Under the pieces are notes generated by a model, which worked only from the letters and a program-made list of their open reading frames with translations, did no database searches and was not told where the DNA came from. From Acidobacteriota bacterium (lineage in GTDB: Bacteria > Acidobacteriota > Terriglobia > Acidiferrales > 2-02-FULL-67-57), in NCBI GenBank assembly GCA_037442885.1, contig JBBIPK010000004.1, positions 5,804-69,803 on the forward strand: 64,000 nt of DNA, read 5' to 3'. Each line of letters opens with the position of its first letter. The first letter of the stretch is position 1. Positions 21,401 to 31,562 of the stretch are shown piece after piece. The translations under genes and the position numbers were made by a program.

Positions 21401-22075
21401 TTGAAAACTTTCCCGCCCAGCAATCCTCAAATAGCCATAGCAGGAGTTCTCTTCTTCTTTCTTTTTGCGCCCGGTCGAGAACTAGGCGCGCAGGAGGAAT
21501 CCTCACCGCCCCAGTTGGAACTCTTTGCTCAGGCAGGGCTGTCGGTTTTTAACAAAGGTTTTCGGCAAGGCACGATCCAGGATCCGTCAACGGGGGAATT
21601 CGGTTTCGTTCAGAGACCATATTTCGTATTCTGCGACGGGGGGATTTTCGCGGGCGTTCGCTTCTATTTGACCCCTAGCAATGCCGTAGAGGCAATTTAC
21701 TCGTACAGCCCGAATGATTGGAGGCTTAGGTTTGAAGAGACAACCGATTGGACCACCCGTACCGGTACGATCTTCTTGAAAATGCATACTCACCAATTGG
21801 CCTTCAATTATGTTCGGCCTCTTCCTGGCTGGGGCCGCTGGCAGCCGTTCCTCACCGGGGGCCTAGGTTTCATTGTCTACTCCGAGCCTTTTCAGGAAAC
21901 AAGAAAATTCGCCGCGAACTTCGGCGGCGGAGTTGACCTCCGCCTTCATCGCCGCGTTGCCTTGCGCACGGAGACACGAGATTTCGTTAGTGGGCGTCAG
22001 AAAATTCCTCCCGGCCACGGGCGGACGATGCACAATCTTGTGCCCTCCGTCGGCCTGGCCTTCCGCCTCTTCTGA
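21401..22075 (+). CDS. Outer membrane beta-barrel protein (OmpA/OmpW-like TM domain)
   Basis: Signal-like N-terminus, QPFLTGGLG, NFGGGVD, C-terminal aromatic strand ending in F; start codon uncertain. Confidence 0.75.
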   Translation: MKTFPPSNPQIAIAGVLFFFLFAPGRELGAQEESSPPQLELFAQAGLSVFNKGFRQGTIQDPSTGEFGFVQRPYFVFCDGGIFAGVRFYLTPSNAVEAIYSYSPNDWRLRFEETTDWTTRTGTIFLKMHTHQLAFNYVRPLPGWGRWQPFLTGGLGFIVYSEPFQETRKFAANFGGGVDLRLHRRVALRTETRDFVSGRQKIPPGHGRTMHNLVPSVGLAFRLF

Positions 22076-22159
22076 GTTAAGGCACCGTTCCTGGCACGAG
22101 CTGGGGCGGGCAGGGTTCTATCGGACGCAGGTAGCGGCGACAGATTCTTTCTCGCGGCC

Positions 22160-22319
22160 GGTCTTTGTCTGCAGGCAGAGGCAGATATGTGATCATAGCG
22201 CGATCTCAGTTATTATTAATGCAGCGACAGTGAGTGCGACGGCGCGGGAGGGCAGCACGGGCGCTTGGGTGGCGTTTGAGGCGCTGCGTTCGCCCAATTC
22301 TACGCTGGCCCCGGAATGA
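22160..22319 (+). pseudogene. Remnant duplicate of the 20858-21398 gene
   Basis: VCRQRQICDHSAISVIINAATVSATAREGSTGAWVA-FEALRSPNSTLAP matches the first copy with an internal deletion. Confidence 0.8.
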
Positions 22320-22969
22320 GGCGAGAATTTCACAAACTCGCCTTTCTGCTTTTGCTTGTCCTCGTAGGGGGGTCCAGTAGTCTGTGTAAGGCCGAGCAGC
22401 CCAACTTGCGATTTGAGTTTTTCGCTCAATTCGGGGGATCGTTCTTCACCAGCCAATCCGGCTTGTGGGTAATCCCCCAAGTGGATCCAAATACCGGTGA
22501 AGTCACTTTCTCTCCCACACTCCTAACGACTTCGCTGACCAAAAGCGGGCGGTTGTTCGCCGGTTTTCGCTACTACTTCCATGCCAACCAGGCGCTCGAG
22601 GCTGGTTACTCCTACAGCCCCAACGACCTCTTGGAACACCGGTCGCTAACGGGTTCTGTTTTCAGGAATGAGATTCAGGCCTCAACCCTCGCGTTCAACT
22701 ACGTCAGGTATATGAGACGGGGCAGTCGCTAGCGCCCTTTCATCACTGGCGGACTTGGATTCGTCTATTTTCGCGGCCTGGACCCGCCAAGCAAAACTAC
22801 GTTCACCCTCAACTTCGGGGGTGGCGCCGACATCCCGCTAAACGAAAAGCTCTCCATCCGCCTGGAGTATAGAGACTTCGTGATGGGACACCCTAAGGTA
22901 GTTTCTGCCTTTCCGGGTGGAGTTACCCATAACCAAGTACCGTCAGTCGGCCTCGTTTTCAAGTTCTGA
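22316..22969 (+). pseudogene. Outer membrane beta-barrel paralog interrupted by in-frame TAG (22730-22732)
   Basis: Frame continues RPFITGGLG..NFGGGAD..PSVGLVFKF; the TAG aligns with Trp of the paralog. Confidence 0.85.
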
Positions 22970-23237
22970 AGTCATGGCCGCGGTACCCCGTGGGCTCACG
23001 GCCGGCCGACCCGCCTGCGCGTGCCGACCGAGGAACCTTTGGGCTGTTCCGCGGCGTTCATTTACCGATAGCTAGCATCTCTGATCGTCAGCCGGAAGAA
23101 CTCGCCCTCCGCCTCAAACTGCTCCTGGCGGGAGCCCGCACAGCCATGCCGCACCAGCACGGCTTGCTTCCACGGGAGAATCGCTCGCGCGCATGCCGTC
23201 CCCAGTAAACTAGGCCGGGCGTTTTGTGAGGTGGAGA

Positions 23238-23588
23238 ATGGAGATCGTGCGCTGGGAAAGCGTGCCGGCGGAGAAAATCCACGACGGCGTGGAGCGCCAA
23301 GTGATCTGGGGTGAAAAGGCCACGCTGGCGCGGTTCGCTCTTGCGCGAGGCACGCACATCTCGAAGCACAGCCATGCCGCCGAGCAATTCACTTGCGTGA
23401 TCCGCGGCGTGATGCGCATGACGCTGGCGGGCCGGGAACTGGTGTTGCGCGTGGGCGACGTGCTGGTGGTCCCGCCGCACATCGAGCACGAAGTCTGGAT
23501 AGTCGAAGATTGCGTGGTCATTGACTACTTCTCTCCACCGCGCGACGACTGGAAAGAAGGTCGCAGTCAGTATCTCGCCGGGCGCTGA
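23238..23588 (+). CDS. Cupin domain protein
   Basis: HSHAAEQ..PPHIEH cupin motifs, DYFSPPR. Confidence 0.88.
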   Translation: MEIVRWESVPAEKIHDGVERQVIWGEKATLARFALARGTHISKHSHAAEQFTCVIRGVMRMTLAGRELVLRVGDVLVVPPHIEHEVWIVEDCVVIDYFSPPRDDWKEGRSQYLAGR

Positions 23589-23646
23589 GCGAAGCTGAAC
23601 TCACGCGCGGAACTTCATCCTCCCGCCACAGCGCAGCGAGCGTAGT

Positions 23647-25470
23647 TCAGGGCTGGGAGGTGGCGGGGGCTTCGCAGAGGGCGGAGACCTGGCCGACCTG
23701 GGCGGGCGGGAAGAGCAGGACGACGCGGCGGTTGCGCTCCTCGGCGGCTTCGGTGTCGATGACCGGTTCGCGCTCGCCCTTGCCGATGACGGTGTCGCCG
23801 AGTTGCGCCAGCAGGTCGAGCCGCTGCGCCTGGCTGCGGCGGGCTGTGGCGTAGTTCATGCCGAGCAGTTGGTTGGCGACCGCCAAGCGGTTCTGGAAGA
23901 TCTGGCGCATGGTGGGGTCGGTTTCGTAGCTCAGGCGCTCTTCGAGGAAGTAGCGGTTGACCGCCAGCGCCCGCTGCTCAGAGAGCCACTGGTTGTAGTC
24001 CTCCTCCCCCACGCGGTCGGTGTGGCCTTCGTAGCGGACTTCCGCTTCAGGGAAGAGCAGCAGACGCAGGACGGCGATCTTGGCGAGGTTCTCGCGAGAG
24101 ACCGGGCGCAGGTCGTAGCTGCCGAGATCGAAGAGAATGTCGGAAGCCAGCGTAAGCACCATGTTGCCGCCCTGCTGGGTGAGCTGGCCGAGAGAGGAAA
24201 GCTGGCGGCGGAGTTCGGCGCAGATTTTGTCGCGGTCTTCGCTCAGGCGCACGCCAGCCCGCTGGGCGTCGGCGAGCTGTTGCTCGAGCAAGGCGATGCG
24301 CTCCCGCAGCGCCGCCATCTGGCTCTGCGACTCGGTCGAGCGGCGGCGCTCTTGGTCGAGGGCGGCTTCCAGTTGCTGGAGGCGGTCGCGCAGGCCGCCC
24401 AATTCGCGCTGCGCCTCCGCCAGCTTGGCGTTCAACTCTTCATTCGCGCGGCGCAGCTTTTCCGCCTCCTCGCGCAGCGGGGCCCCTTCGGCGCGCATGC
24501 GAGCCATTTCGTTGCGCAACTGCTGCGCCTCCGCGGTGAACTTGTTCAGCTCGCGCTCCAGTTGGCGGACGAAGATGCCGCCGACAGCGCCGAGGGCGAG
24601 CGCGCGGGCGTTTTCCGCCACCTGCACGGCGGTGCGGGCAAACTGGATGGCTTCCGAGGTGCTGCCCCCGGCCAGGCGGAAAGCTTCTTCGGCGTTTTTC
24701 AGATACTCGCGGGCTTGCGCCAGCGTGGCGCGCGTGCGCTCTTCGTCGGGCAAGGGTTCCTGGCCGGGCGTTGCGGGCACGCCGAGAATCCCCGCCTTCG
24801 ACGCCAGTTCGACGGCTTTGCGCGCCTGCAGCAGTTCGTTGGGCACATCGAGGATGACGGGGGCGGGCGAGGTGTCATACGTGGTGTAGTGCGTGTAGAA
24901 CAGGAGCTTGCCCGGAACCGGCAGAGCCTTGTTTTCGGTGACGATATTGTCCTGGTTCAGGCTGTAGAGGACGACGACGGAGCTGGGGTCATTGACGGCG
25001 AAGTCGGGCTCGGCGGTGACCATCAGCCAGAAGGTTTGAGACGGGGTGGTGACGTTGATGCTGACGGGCCCGCTCGCGTCGAAGGTGATCTCACCCAGGT
25101 TCAACGCCTCGCCGTCCACCGAGACCGCCCAGAGCACGTAAGTCAAGAAGTCGCGGCCGAAGCGCCGCGCCGGCTGGATGCCTTTGATCTCGCCGCGGTT
25201 GATGTCAATCTCCAGGAAGCCGGGGCGGCTCTCGACCTTCAGCCGCACGGAGGCCAGCGGCTCAATCCGCGTGCCCTTCATCTCCACCACGGTGGTGCCG
25301 CGCTGGCGGAAGCTGAGAACCTGCCCGCCGGGCTCGGTCACTTCCACCGCCTTCAGTTCGGGCAAGACCGGCTTGGGGGCGGGCGCCTGCGCAGGTTCCT
25401 GCGCGGCCGACAGGCCGGCGAGGAGCACGGCCAGGCTTCCGAGCACGGCGGGAAGAAATCGGCGGGTCAT
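23647..25470 (-). CDS. OmpA-family protein with coiled-coil stalk
   Basis: Signal peptide, heptad region, DILFD, EGHTD..YNQWLSEQRA, RNRRV. Confidence 0.88.
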   Translation of the reverse strand: MTRRFLPAVLGSLAVLLAGLSAAQEPAQAPAPKPVLPELKAVEVTEPGGQVLSFRQRGTTVVEMKGTRIEPLASVRLKVESRPGFLEIDINRGEIKGIQPARRFGRDFLTYVLWAVSVDGEALNLGEITFDASGPVSINVTTPSQTFWLMVTAEPDFAVNDPSSVVVLYSLNQDNIVTENKALPVPGKLLFYTHYTTYDTSPAPVILDVPNELLQARKAVELASKAGILGVPATPGQEPLPDEERTRATLAQAREYLKNAEEAFRLAGGSTSEAIQFARTAVQVAENARALALGAVGGIFVRQLERELNKFTAEAQQLRNEMARMRAEGAPLREEAEKLRRANEELNAKLAEAQRELGGLRDRLQQLEAALDQERRRSTESQSQMAALRERIALLEQQLADAQRAGVRLSEDRDKICAELRRQLSSLGQLTQQGGNMVLTLASDILFDLGSYDLRPVSRENLAKIAVLRLLLFPEAEVRYEGHTDRVGEEDYNQWLSEQRALAVNRYFLEERLSYETDPTMRQIFQNRLAVANQLLGMNYATARRSQAQRLDLLAQLGDTVIGKGEREPVIDTEAAEERNRRVVLLFPPAQVGQVSALCEAPATSQP

Positions 25471-25482
25471 TCCTGTCTCCTG

Positions 25483-26394
25483 CTAGAGAATTTTCTTACC
25501 CAGAGCGGAGAGTGCCAGCTCGACGGCGAGTTCCGCCGTCTGGTTGCGCACGTCCCGCATCGGGTTGATCTCCACGACTTCCAGCGAGAGCATTGTACCC
25601 GTATCGGCAATCATTTCCATCGCCAAATGTGCCTCCCGATAGGTGAGGCCGCCGCGCACGGGTGTGCCGACCCCGGGGGCGAGGTCGGGGTTGAGGGCGT
25701 CCATGTCGAGGCTGACGTGGAAGCCGGCGGTGCCGGTGCTGGCGAGACGCAGCGCTTTCGTCATCACCGTGCGCATCCCGTGCTCGTCAATCTCGCGCAT
25801 GGTGAAAACGCGGAGGCCGGCGCGGCGCAGGTTCCGCTTCTCGCCCCGGTCGAGCTCCCGCGCGCCCACCAGCGCGCAGTTCGCCGCAGCTACCTTGGGC
25901 GCAAAGCCGAGCAGGTGCGTGAGCGGGCGCGCACCCATCCCGAGCACGCAAGCAAGTGGCATCCCGTGGATGTTGCCGCTGGGGCTCGTCTCGGGCGTGT
26001 TCATGTCACCGTGGGCATCCATCCAGATGAGTCCGATGCGTTGGCGGCGCGGCCGGAAATGAGCGGCCACGCCGGCGAGCGTGCCGATGGCGATGGAGTG
26101 GTCGCCGCCCAGCACGAGCGGGAGGCGACGCTCCCCCAACGCCTGCGCGACCTGCCCGGCCAGTGCCTTGCAGGTTTCGGCGATGGGCCGGAGGTATTTG
26201 ATCCGCTGCGCGCCGCTGGGAATCTCTTCCGCGACTCGCACGGGGAGATTGCCGCAGTCCTCGACGCGGTAGCCGAGCGCGGCAATGCGCGCGCCGAGCC
26301 GCGCCACGCGCAACGCCGACGGCCCCATGTCCACTCCCCGGCGGTCCTGACCCAAATCCATTGGGACGCCCAGGATGCGAATGCGGCGCGGCAT
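25483..26394 (-). CDS. rocF: Arginase
   Basis: [32 protein letters not shown]. Confidence 0.94.
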   Translation of the reverse strand: MPRRIRILGVPMDLGQDRRGVDMGPSALRVARLGARIAALGYRVEDCGNLPVRVAEEIPSGAQRIKYLRPIAETCKALAGQVAQALGERRLPLVLGGDHSIAIGTLAGVAAHFRPRRQRIGLIWMDAHGDMNTPETSPSGNIHGMPLACVLGMGARPLTHLLGFAPKVAAANCALVGARELDRGEKRNLRRAGLRVFTMREIDEHGMRTVMTKALRLASTGTAGFHVSLDMDALNPDLAPGVGTPVRGGLTYREAHLAMEMIADTGTMLSLEVVEINPMRDVRNQTAELAVELALSALGKKIL

Positions 26395-26397
26395 ACG

Positions 26398-27702
26398 CTA
26401 GGGGTAGATGCGGTAGAGCAGGCGGGGGAAAGGGATGGTTTCGCGGACGTGCTCGATGCCGGCGATCCAGGCCACCGTGCGCTCGACGCCGAGGCCGAAG
26501 CCCCCGTGCGGCACGCTGCCCCAGCGGCGCAGGTCGAGGTACCACTGGAAGGCCTCTTCGGGCAGCTTCTGTTCGCGGATGCGGTTGAGCAGAAGATTGT
26601 AGTCGCTCACGCGCTGGCTGCCGCCGATGATTTCGCCATAGCCTTCCGGCGCAATCATGTCCATACAGAGCGCGAGCTCGGGATTCTCCGGGTCGGGTTC
26701 CATATAGAAGGCTTTGGCCTTGGCCGGATAGCGATGGACGATGACGGGCTTCTCGTAGTGCTTGGAGAGCGTGGTTTCGTCGGCCCCGCCCAAGTCGTCG
26801 CCCCACTCGATCTGGCTGCCGTGCTCGCGCAGGAGTTTTACCGCGTCGTCGTAGCGCAGGCGGGGAAAGGGAGGCTCGATGTGGGCGAGCTTCGCGGTGT
26901 CGCGTTCCAGCGTCTCGAGTTCCCGTGCGCGGCGCGCGAGCACCGCCTGCACGGTATGCGTTACCAGATCTTCGCCCAGCTTCATCAAGTCGTCCAGCGT
27001 TGCGTAGGCCACTTCCGGCTCCACCATCCAGAACTCCGTCAGGTGGCGCCGGGTCTTCGACTTCTCGGCGCGAAAGGTGGGCCCGAAACAATAGACCTTG
27101 CCCAGCGCCGCGGCTGTGGCCTCGACATAGAGTTGTCCCGACTGCGTCAGGTAGGCCTTGCCGAGGTCGAAGTACTCGAGCTCAAACAGGGTGGTGGTGC
27201 CTTCGCAGGCGGCAGGGGTGAGGATGGGGGCATCGGTGAGGATGAAGCCGCGCGAGTCGAAGAATTCCCGGATGGCGCGGATGACCTCGTGGCGCACGCG
27301 CAGCAGAGCGGCCTGCCGCGGCGAGCGCACCCAGAGGTGGCGGTGGCTGAGCAGGAAGTCCGGCCCGTGTTCCTTGAGCGCAATCGGATAGGGCGTGGCT
27401 TCGGGCACGCGCTGGAGGACTTCGATTCCGGTCACCACGATTTCATAGCCGCCCGGCGCGCGCGGCTCGCGGCGAATGCGCCCGTGGACGCGGAGGCTCG
27501 ACTCCTGCGTCAGCGCGCGCGCGGTCTCCCAGACGGCGGGCGTAACTTCGGCCTTCGACACCACGCCTTGCAGGAGTCCGGTGCCGTCGCGGAAAAGGGG
27601 AAAGAGAATTTTTCCCGATTCGCGCAGGTTGTAGAGCCAACCCTGAAGGGTAACTTCCTCGCCTTCGTGGCGGGCGACCTCTTCAATCGCAACGACGGCC
27701 AT
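26398..27702 (-). CDS. asnS: Asparagine--tRNA ligase
   Basis: [50 protein letters not shown]. Confidence 0.95.
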   Translation of the reverse strand: MAVVAIEEVARHEGEEVTLQGWLYNLRESGKILFPLFRDGTGLLQGVVSKAEVTPAVWETARALTQESSLRVHGRIRREPRAPGGYEIVVTGIEVLQRVPEATPYPIALKEHGPDFLLSHRHLWVRSPRQAALLRVRHEVIRAIREFFDSRGFILTDAPILTPAACEGTTTLFELEYFDLGKAYLTQSGQLYVEATAAALGKVYCFGPTFRAEKSKTRRHLTEFWMVEPEVAYATLDDLMKLGEDLVTHTVQAVLARRARELETLERDTAKLAHIEPPFPRLRYDDAVKLLREHGSQIEWGDDLGGADETTLSKHYEKPVIVHRYPAKAKAFYMEPDPENPELALCMDMIAPEGYGEIIGGSQRVSDYNLLLNRIREQKLPEEAFQWYLDLRRWGSVPHGGFGLGVERTVAWIAGIEHVRETIPFPRLLYRIYP

Positions 27703-28556
27703 TAGGAACGAGCCTTCGCGGGTGCGCTGGCACGCAGGGTTTCCTGGAAGCGGGCAAAGACTTTGAGAGCTTCCTCCAGCGGCTGGGGGAATTCGCCGTG
27801 GTCGCGCAACTCGAGTTGCAGAGGAAAGTCGCCGCGGGCCTGGGCGAGTGCGTGCAGGGTGGCCTTCCAGTCAATCGTGCCCTGGCCCGGAAACAGATGG
27901 TCGTCCTTGTCGCCGTGGTTGTCGTGGAGGTGGGTCGAAACCACCAGGTCGCGGAGCGCCTCGAACTCGGTCACCACCCCGTCGCCCAGATGAGCGTGCC
28001 CGCTGTCAAAGCAGACGCGCAGGTCGGTCAGGTGCGTGTAGTCGCGGAAGTAACGGAGCTTTTCGGGGCGGGAAAGTTCGTTTGGGATGTTTTCGAGCAG
28101 AATCTCGACGCCCCGCTGCTTGGCATAGACGAGCAGGGGCTCCAGGCTGGCGAAGGCAGCGTCGAACTTGGCGATGTCATATTTTTCGTGCGCCACACCC
28201 AGATGCTGGACCAGGTAGCGGAAGGGGATGTGCTCGGCCACGTCGAGCGCCCGCTTGATTTCCTCGACCGACTCGAGCCGGCGGTGACGGCCGGTTTCCG
28301 CGATGTTAATGGCAGCGCCGGTGGTGCGGCCCCAGCTGTAGTCTTGATGGAGCGGCGAGTGCAGCGAGCGCAGCTCGAGTTTGTGGTCGGCGAACCACGC
28401 GGCAAGCTCGCGCACCTGCGCTTCGTCGGTGTAATCAAAGTGTTGCTTGGCGCAGAAAATCTCGACCGCGGGGATGCCGGCGCGCTCAATCGCGTCCAGG
28501 GTCGTGACCGAGAGCTTGTGATTGACGAAGAGATGAGTCGAGAGCGCCTGCTTCAT
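27702..28556 (-). CDS. Sugar phosphate isomerase/epimerase (AP endonuclease 2 TIM barrel) family
   Basis: [28 protein letters not shown]. Confidence 0.85.
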   Translation of the reverse strand: MKQALSTHLFVNHKLSVTTLDAIERAGIPAVEIFCAKQHFDYTDEAQVRELAAWFADHKLELRSLHSPLHQDYSWGRTTGAAINIAETGRHRRLESVEEIKRALDVAEHIPFRYLVQHLGVAHEKYDIAKFDAAFASLEPLLVYAKQRGVEILLENIPNELSRPEKLRYFRDYTHLTDLRVCFDSGHAHLGDGVVTEFEALRDLVVSTHLHDNHGDKDDHLFPGQGTIDWKATLHALAQARGDFPLQLELRDHGEFPQPLEEALKVFARFQETLRASAPAKARS

Positions 28557-30346
28557 CGGTTCGTTCCTGTGGAGGCGGCCGCAGTCGGCGCGCCCGAAAC
28601 CGGCACGCGCTCTAGCCCCAGTGCCACCGCGCCGCGGCGCGCGTCGCCCACCCCCGTGAGCTCGCGTGTTGCGGGCGCGATCTCGATGGCATTCAGCGCC
28701 CCGAAGCCGCGTTCCCTCCACTCAATCGTGTGACCGCGCGCCTCCAGCGTCCGTGCCAGCCCTTCGTCGAAGCCCGTTCTCTCCAGCACCAGCTTGTCCG
28801 GCATCCATTGATGATGATACCGCGCCCGCTGCACGGCCTGGGGGAGATCCAGTCCGAAGACGAGCCGGTTGAGCAGCGTCAGCAGCACCGAGTTGATGAT
28901 GGTTGGGCCGCCCGGCGCGCCCAGGACCAGCACGGGCTGGGCGTCGCGCACCACAATCGTCGGCGTCATCGAGGAGAGCGGCCGCTTGCGCGGCTCGATC
29001 CGGTTGGCTTCGCCCTGCACAAGTTCCGCGCTCGCATTGGCCGCGCCGGGCTTGGCGGCAAAGTCGTCCATCTCGTTGTTCAACAGGAAACCGAGGCCAG
29101 GCACGGTGACGCCGTTGCCGAAGAAATCGTTGATGGTGTAGGTGTTCGCCACGGCGTTGCCGACGGCGTCCACCACCGAGAAGTGCGTCGTCTCCTCGCT
29201 CTCGCGGCCGCCCGCCACCGCCGGCGTCGCTTCGTAGGGGGCGGGGTCGGGCAGCGGCAGGTGGGCGCTGGGCGTGGCGCGAGCAAAGTCAATCGTGGCG
29301 CGGTGCGCGGCGGCGTAGCGCGGGTCGAGCAAGGCGTCCACGGGGATGCGCGCGAAGTCGGGGTCGCCCAGGAAGCGCGCCCGGTCGGCAAAGGCCCGCC
29401 GCATCACCTCGACGATGAGATGGACGGTGCCGGCATCGTCAAGGCGCGCGTCCGGGGGAAGGAGAGGGTCGAGGATGTTCAGCATCTCGAGCAGAGCCAC
29501 GCCGCCCGAGCTGGGCGGGGGAGCGGTGAGGATTTCGTAGTCGCGAAAGCTGCCCCGCAGCGGCTCGCGCAGCCGTGCCCGGTAGCGGCGCAAGTCTTCG
29601 AGAGTAAACAGCCCGCCCTGCGCACGGTTTTCTTTTGCCAGCCGCTTGGCAATCGAGCCTTCATAGAATTCTTGCGCGCCGCCGCGCGCAATTTTCTTGA
29701 GCGTCTTGGCAAGATTCTTCTGTCTGAAGATTTCTCCCGGCGTGTAGAAGCGTCCCTTGCGGAGAAAAATCTTGCGGCTTTCGGGGAATCGTTCCAGGCG
29801 TTTTGCCGCCCGGCGGAAGTCTTCCGCCAGGCGCTCGCTCAGGGGGAAGCCGTTCTCGGCCAGGCGAATGGCCGGCTCCATTACTTCGGGGAGTGACATT
29901 GTGCCGAGCGCGCGCAGGGCGAGCTCCATTCCGGCCACCGTTCCGGGCACGCCCGCCGCCAGCCAGCCGAGCGTGCTGCGTTCGGGGACGAAGTTGCCCT
30001 GCGCATCGAGATACATGTCCCGGCGCGCGGCCAGCGGCGCGACTTCGCGGTAGTCAATGAAGAAGGTTCCGCCGTTGGCCATCCGCACGAGCAGGAAGCC
30101 CCCGCCGCCGATGTTGCCCGCTCCGGGGTGAGTCACGGCGAGCGCAAAGGCGACCGCCACGGCCGCGTCCACGGCATTGCCGCCCCGGCGGAGGATTTCG
30201 ATGCCGGCTTCGACCGCGTGGCGCTCATCCGCCACCACCATCCCGCCCTGCGCGCGCGCCACCGACGGCTCGGCGGACAGAAGAGACGGAGCCGGCGTCA
30301 GGAGGAGCGCCAGGAACGCTACGCAGGTGCTGCGAGAAAACTGCAT
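28553..30346 (-). CDS. ggt: Gamma-glutamyltransferase
   Basis: GGNAVDAAVA, ETTHFSVVD, LNNEMDDF, PLSSMTP. Confidence 0.96.
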   Translation of the reverse strand: MQFSRSTCVAFLALLLTPAPSLLSAEPSVARAQGGMVVADERHAVEAGIEILRRGGNAVDAAVAVAFALAVTHPGAGNIGGGGFLLVRMANGGTFFIDYREVAPLAARRDMYLDAQGNFVPERSTLGWLAAGVPGTVAGMELALRALGTMSLPEVMEPAIRLAENGFPLSERLAEDFRRAAKRLERFPESRKIFLRKGRFYTPGEIFRQKNLAKTLKKIARGGAQEFYEGSIAKRLAKENRAQGGLFTLEDLRRYRARLREPLRGSFRDYEILTAPPPSSGGVALLEMLNILDPLLPPDARLDDAGTVHLIVEVMRRAFADRARFLGDPDFARIPVDALLDPRYAAAHRATIDFARATPSAHLPLPDPAPYEATPAVAGGRESEETTHFSVVDAVGNAVANTYTINDFFGNGVTVPGLGFLLNNEMDDFAAKPGAANASAELVQGEANRIEPRKRPLSSMTPTIVVRDAQPVLVLGAPGGPTIINSVLLTLLNRLVFGLDLPQAVQRARYHHQWMPDKLVLERTGFDEGLARTLEARGHTIEWRERGFGALNAIEIAPATRELTGVGDARRGAVALGLERVPVSGAPTAAASTGTNR

Positions 30347-30421
30347 TGCGGGTTCTGCTGTGAAACGGAAAACAGACTGTAGTCGAAAGGTCGCGGAGCG
30401 TCAAGGCAAGCAACGGCGCAG

Positions 30422-30454
30422 AAAAAATGAATGGCGCCCGGGAGGGCGCCACTC
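30422..30454 (-). terminator. Rho-independent terminator
   Basis: TGGCGCCC/GGGCGCCA stem followed by a U-rich tract on the minus strand. Confidence 0.65.
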
Positions 30455-30478
30455 CTTCAAGCTAGCAGCTTAGATGCC

Positions 30479-31429
30479 TTACGGCCGCGGCGGCCGACCG
30501 CCGGGGCGACCACTCGGCGGGCCGGGACGCGAACTGGGCGGACCGCTGGCCCCCCGGCCAGAGGCGCTGCCTCGCGCTCCGGCATCTGCCGGGCGGCCTG
30601 CCTGGACATCACCCGCGCGCGTGCGGGCCAGAGCTTCCGTGGCGGCCATATTGCCGTGGCGGGACTTTTCGATGGCGCGCTCGATGGCCGGCCGCGCCTG
30701 GTCGGGCACGCGATCCAGCAGGCCTTCGAGCACGGCGGTGTGTTTGCTGGTGGCGGCATCCACACGCTCCAGCACGCTCACCGCATCGCCCGCATCCACC
30801 TGCCCGTTCTCAATGGCGCGGTTGATCTCTTCCGTATTGCCGGCGATCTGCTCGGCGGCACGCCCAACGGTGGCGTTGTCGCCGCGTGCCTGCGCGCGCT
30901 CGGCGTGGCGCAGCAGGGCCTCGTTTCGCTCGAGCGCCCGGCGCGTGCTGCGTTTGTTCAGGGATTCATCACCGAGGTTTACCTCGCTGTGCTTGAGCAC
31001 GGCTTCCGTCGCGGTGTCGTGCCCGCGGCGGGAAACCTCCAGAGCGCGCTCAATGCCGCGGCAACCCTGATGGGCTTCCGCTGTCCCGCACTGGAAGCGG
31101 GCGAAGATACCTTCGAGTACCGCCACGTGCTTCAAGGTGGCCTGATCCACGCGCTCGGCGACGTCGAGCGCGTCGTTCTCATTCACCTGCCCGCTCTCAA
31201 CGCGCTGCTGTAGTGTGCGAGCCTGCGCGGCGAAGTCGTTCACGTTGCGCTCGACGCCCGCCGTGTCGCCTCGCTGCTGCGCCTTCTCTGCGGCCTTGAG
31301 AAGCTTGTCCTGTGCCTTGATCGCTTTCTGCGCAGCCTTTTCCGTCAGAGGAAGCTCCTCGGCCGCCAGCGCAACCGCCAGAGCGAACACGACTGCGGTC
31401 GCCAGTACAAACCATCTCGTGCGTCTCAT
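30479..31429 (-). CDS. Secreted helical protein with two ~115-aa internal repeats
   Basis: Signal peptide; ERVDxATxKHxAVLEG..IERAxExSRxG occurs twice; Gly/Pro tail. Confidence 0.75.
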   Translation of the reverse strand: MRRTRWFVLATAVVFALAVALAAEELPLTEKAAQKAIKAQDKLLKAAEKAQQRGDTAGVERNVNDFAAQARTLQQRVESGQVNENDALDVAERVDQATLKHVAVLEGIFARFQCGTAEAHQGCRGIERALEVSRRGHDTATEAVLKHSEVNLGDESLNKRSTRRALERNEALLRHAERAQARGDNATVGRAAEQIAGNTEEINRAIENGQVDAGDAVSVLERVDAATSKHTAVLEGLLDRVPDQARPAIERAIEKSRHGNMAATEALARTRAGDVQAGRPADAGARGSASGRGASGPPSSRPGPPSGRPGGRPPRP

Positions 31430-31562
31430 CCTTCCTACCTCCGGTTGGTGTCCTGCCCTCGTCTTTCTAAGAACCACATCGTGGGGCCGAGGTTGCCCGG
31501 TCCTCAATGGTACGCCCGGGCTAGCAGTACCCCGAGTACCAAAAAGCGGGACGCGCGCCCGC

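Noticed and set aside
23803-27705. 1300-aa plus-strand ORF
   Set aside because: Antisense shadow of the ompA-like gene, arginase and asnS in high-GC DNA; no recognisable motifs.
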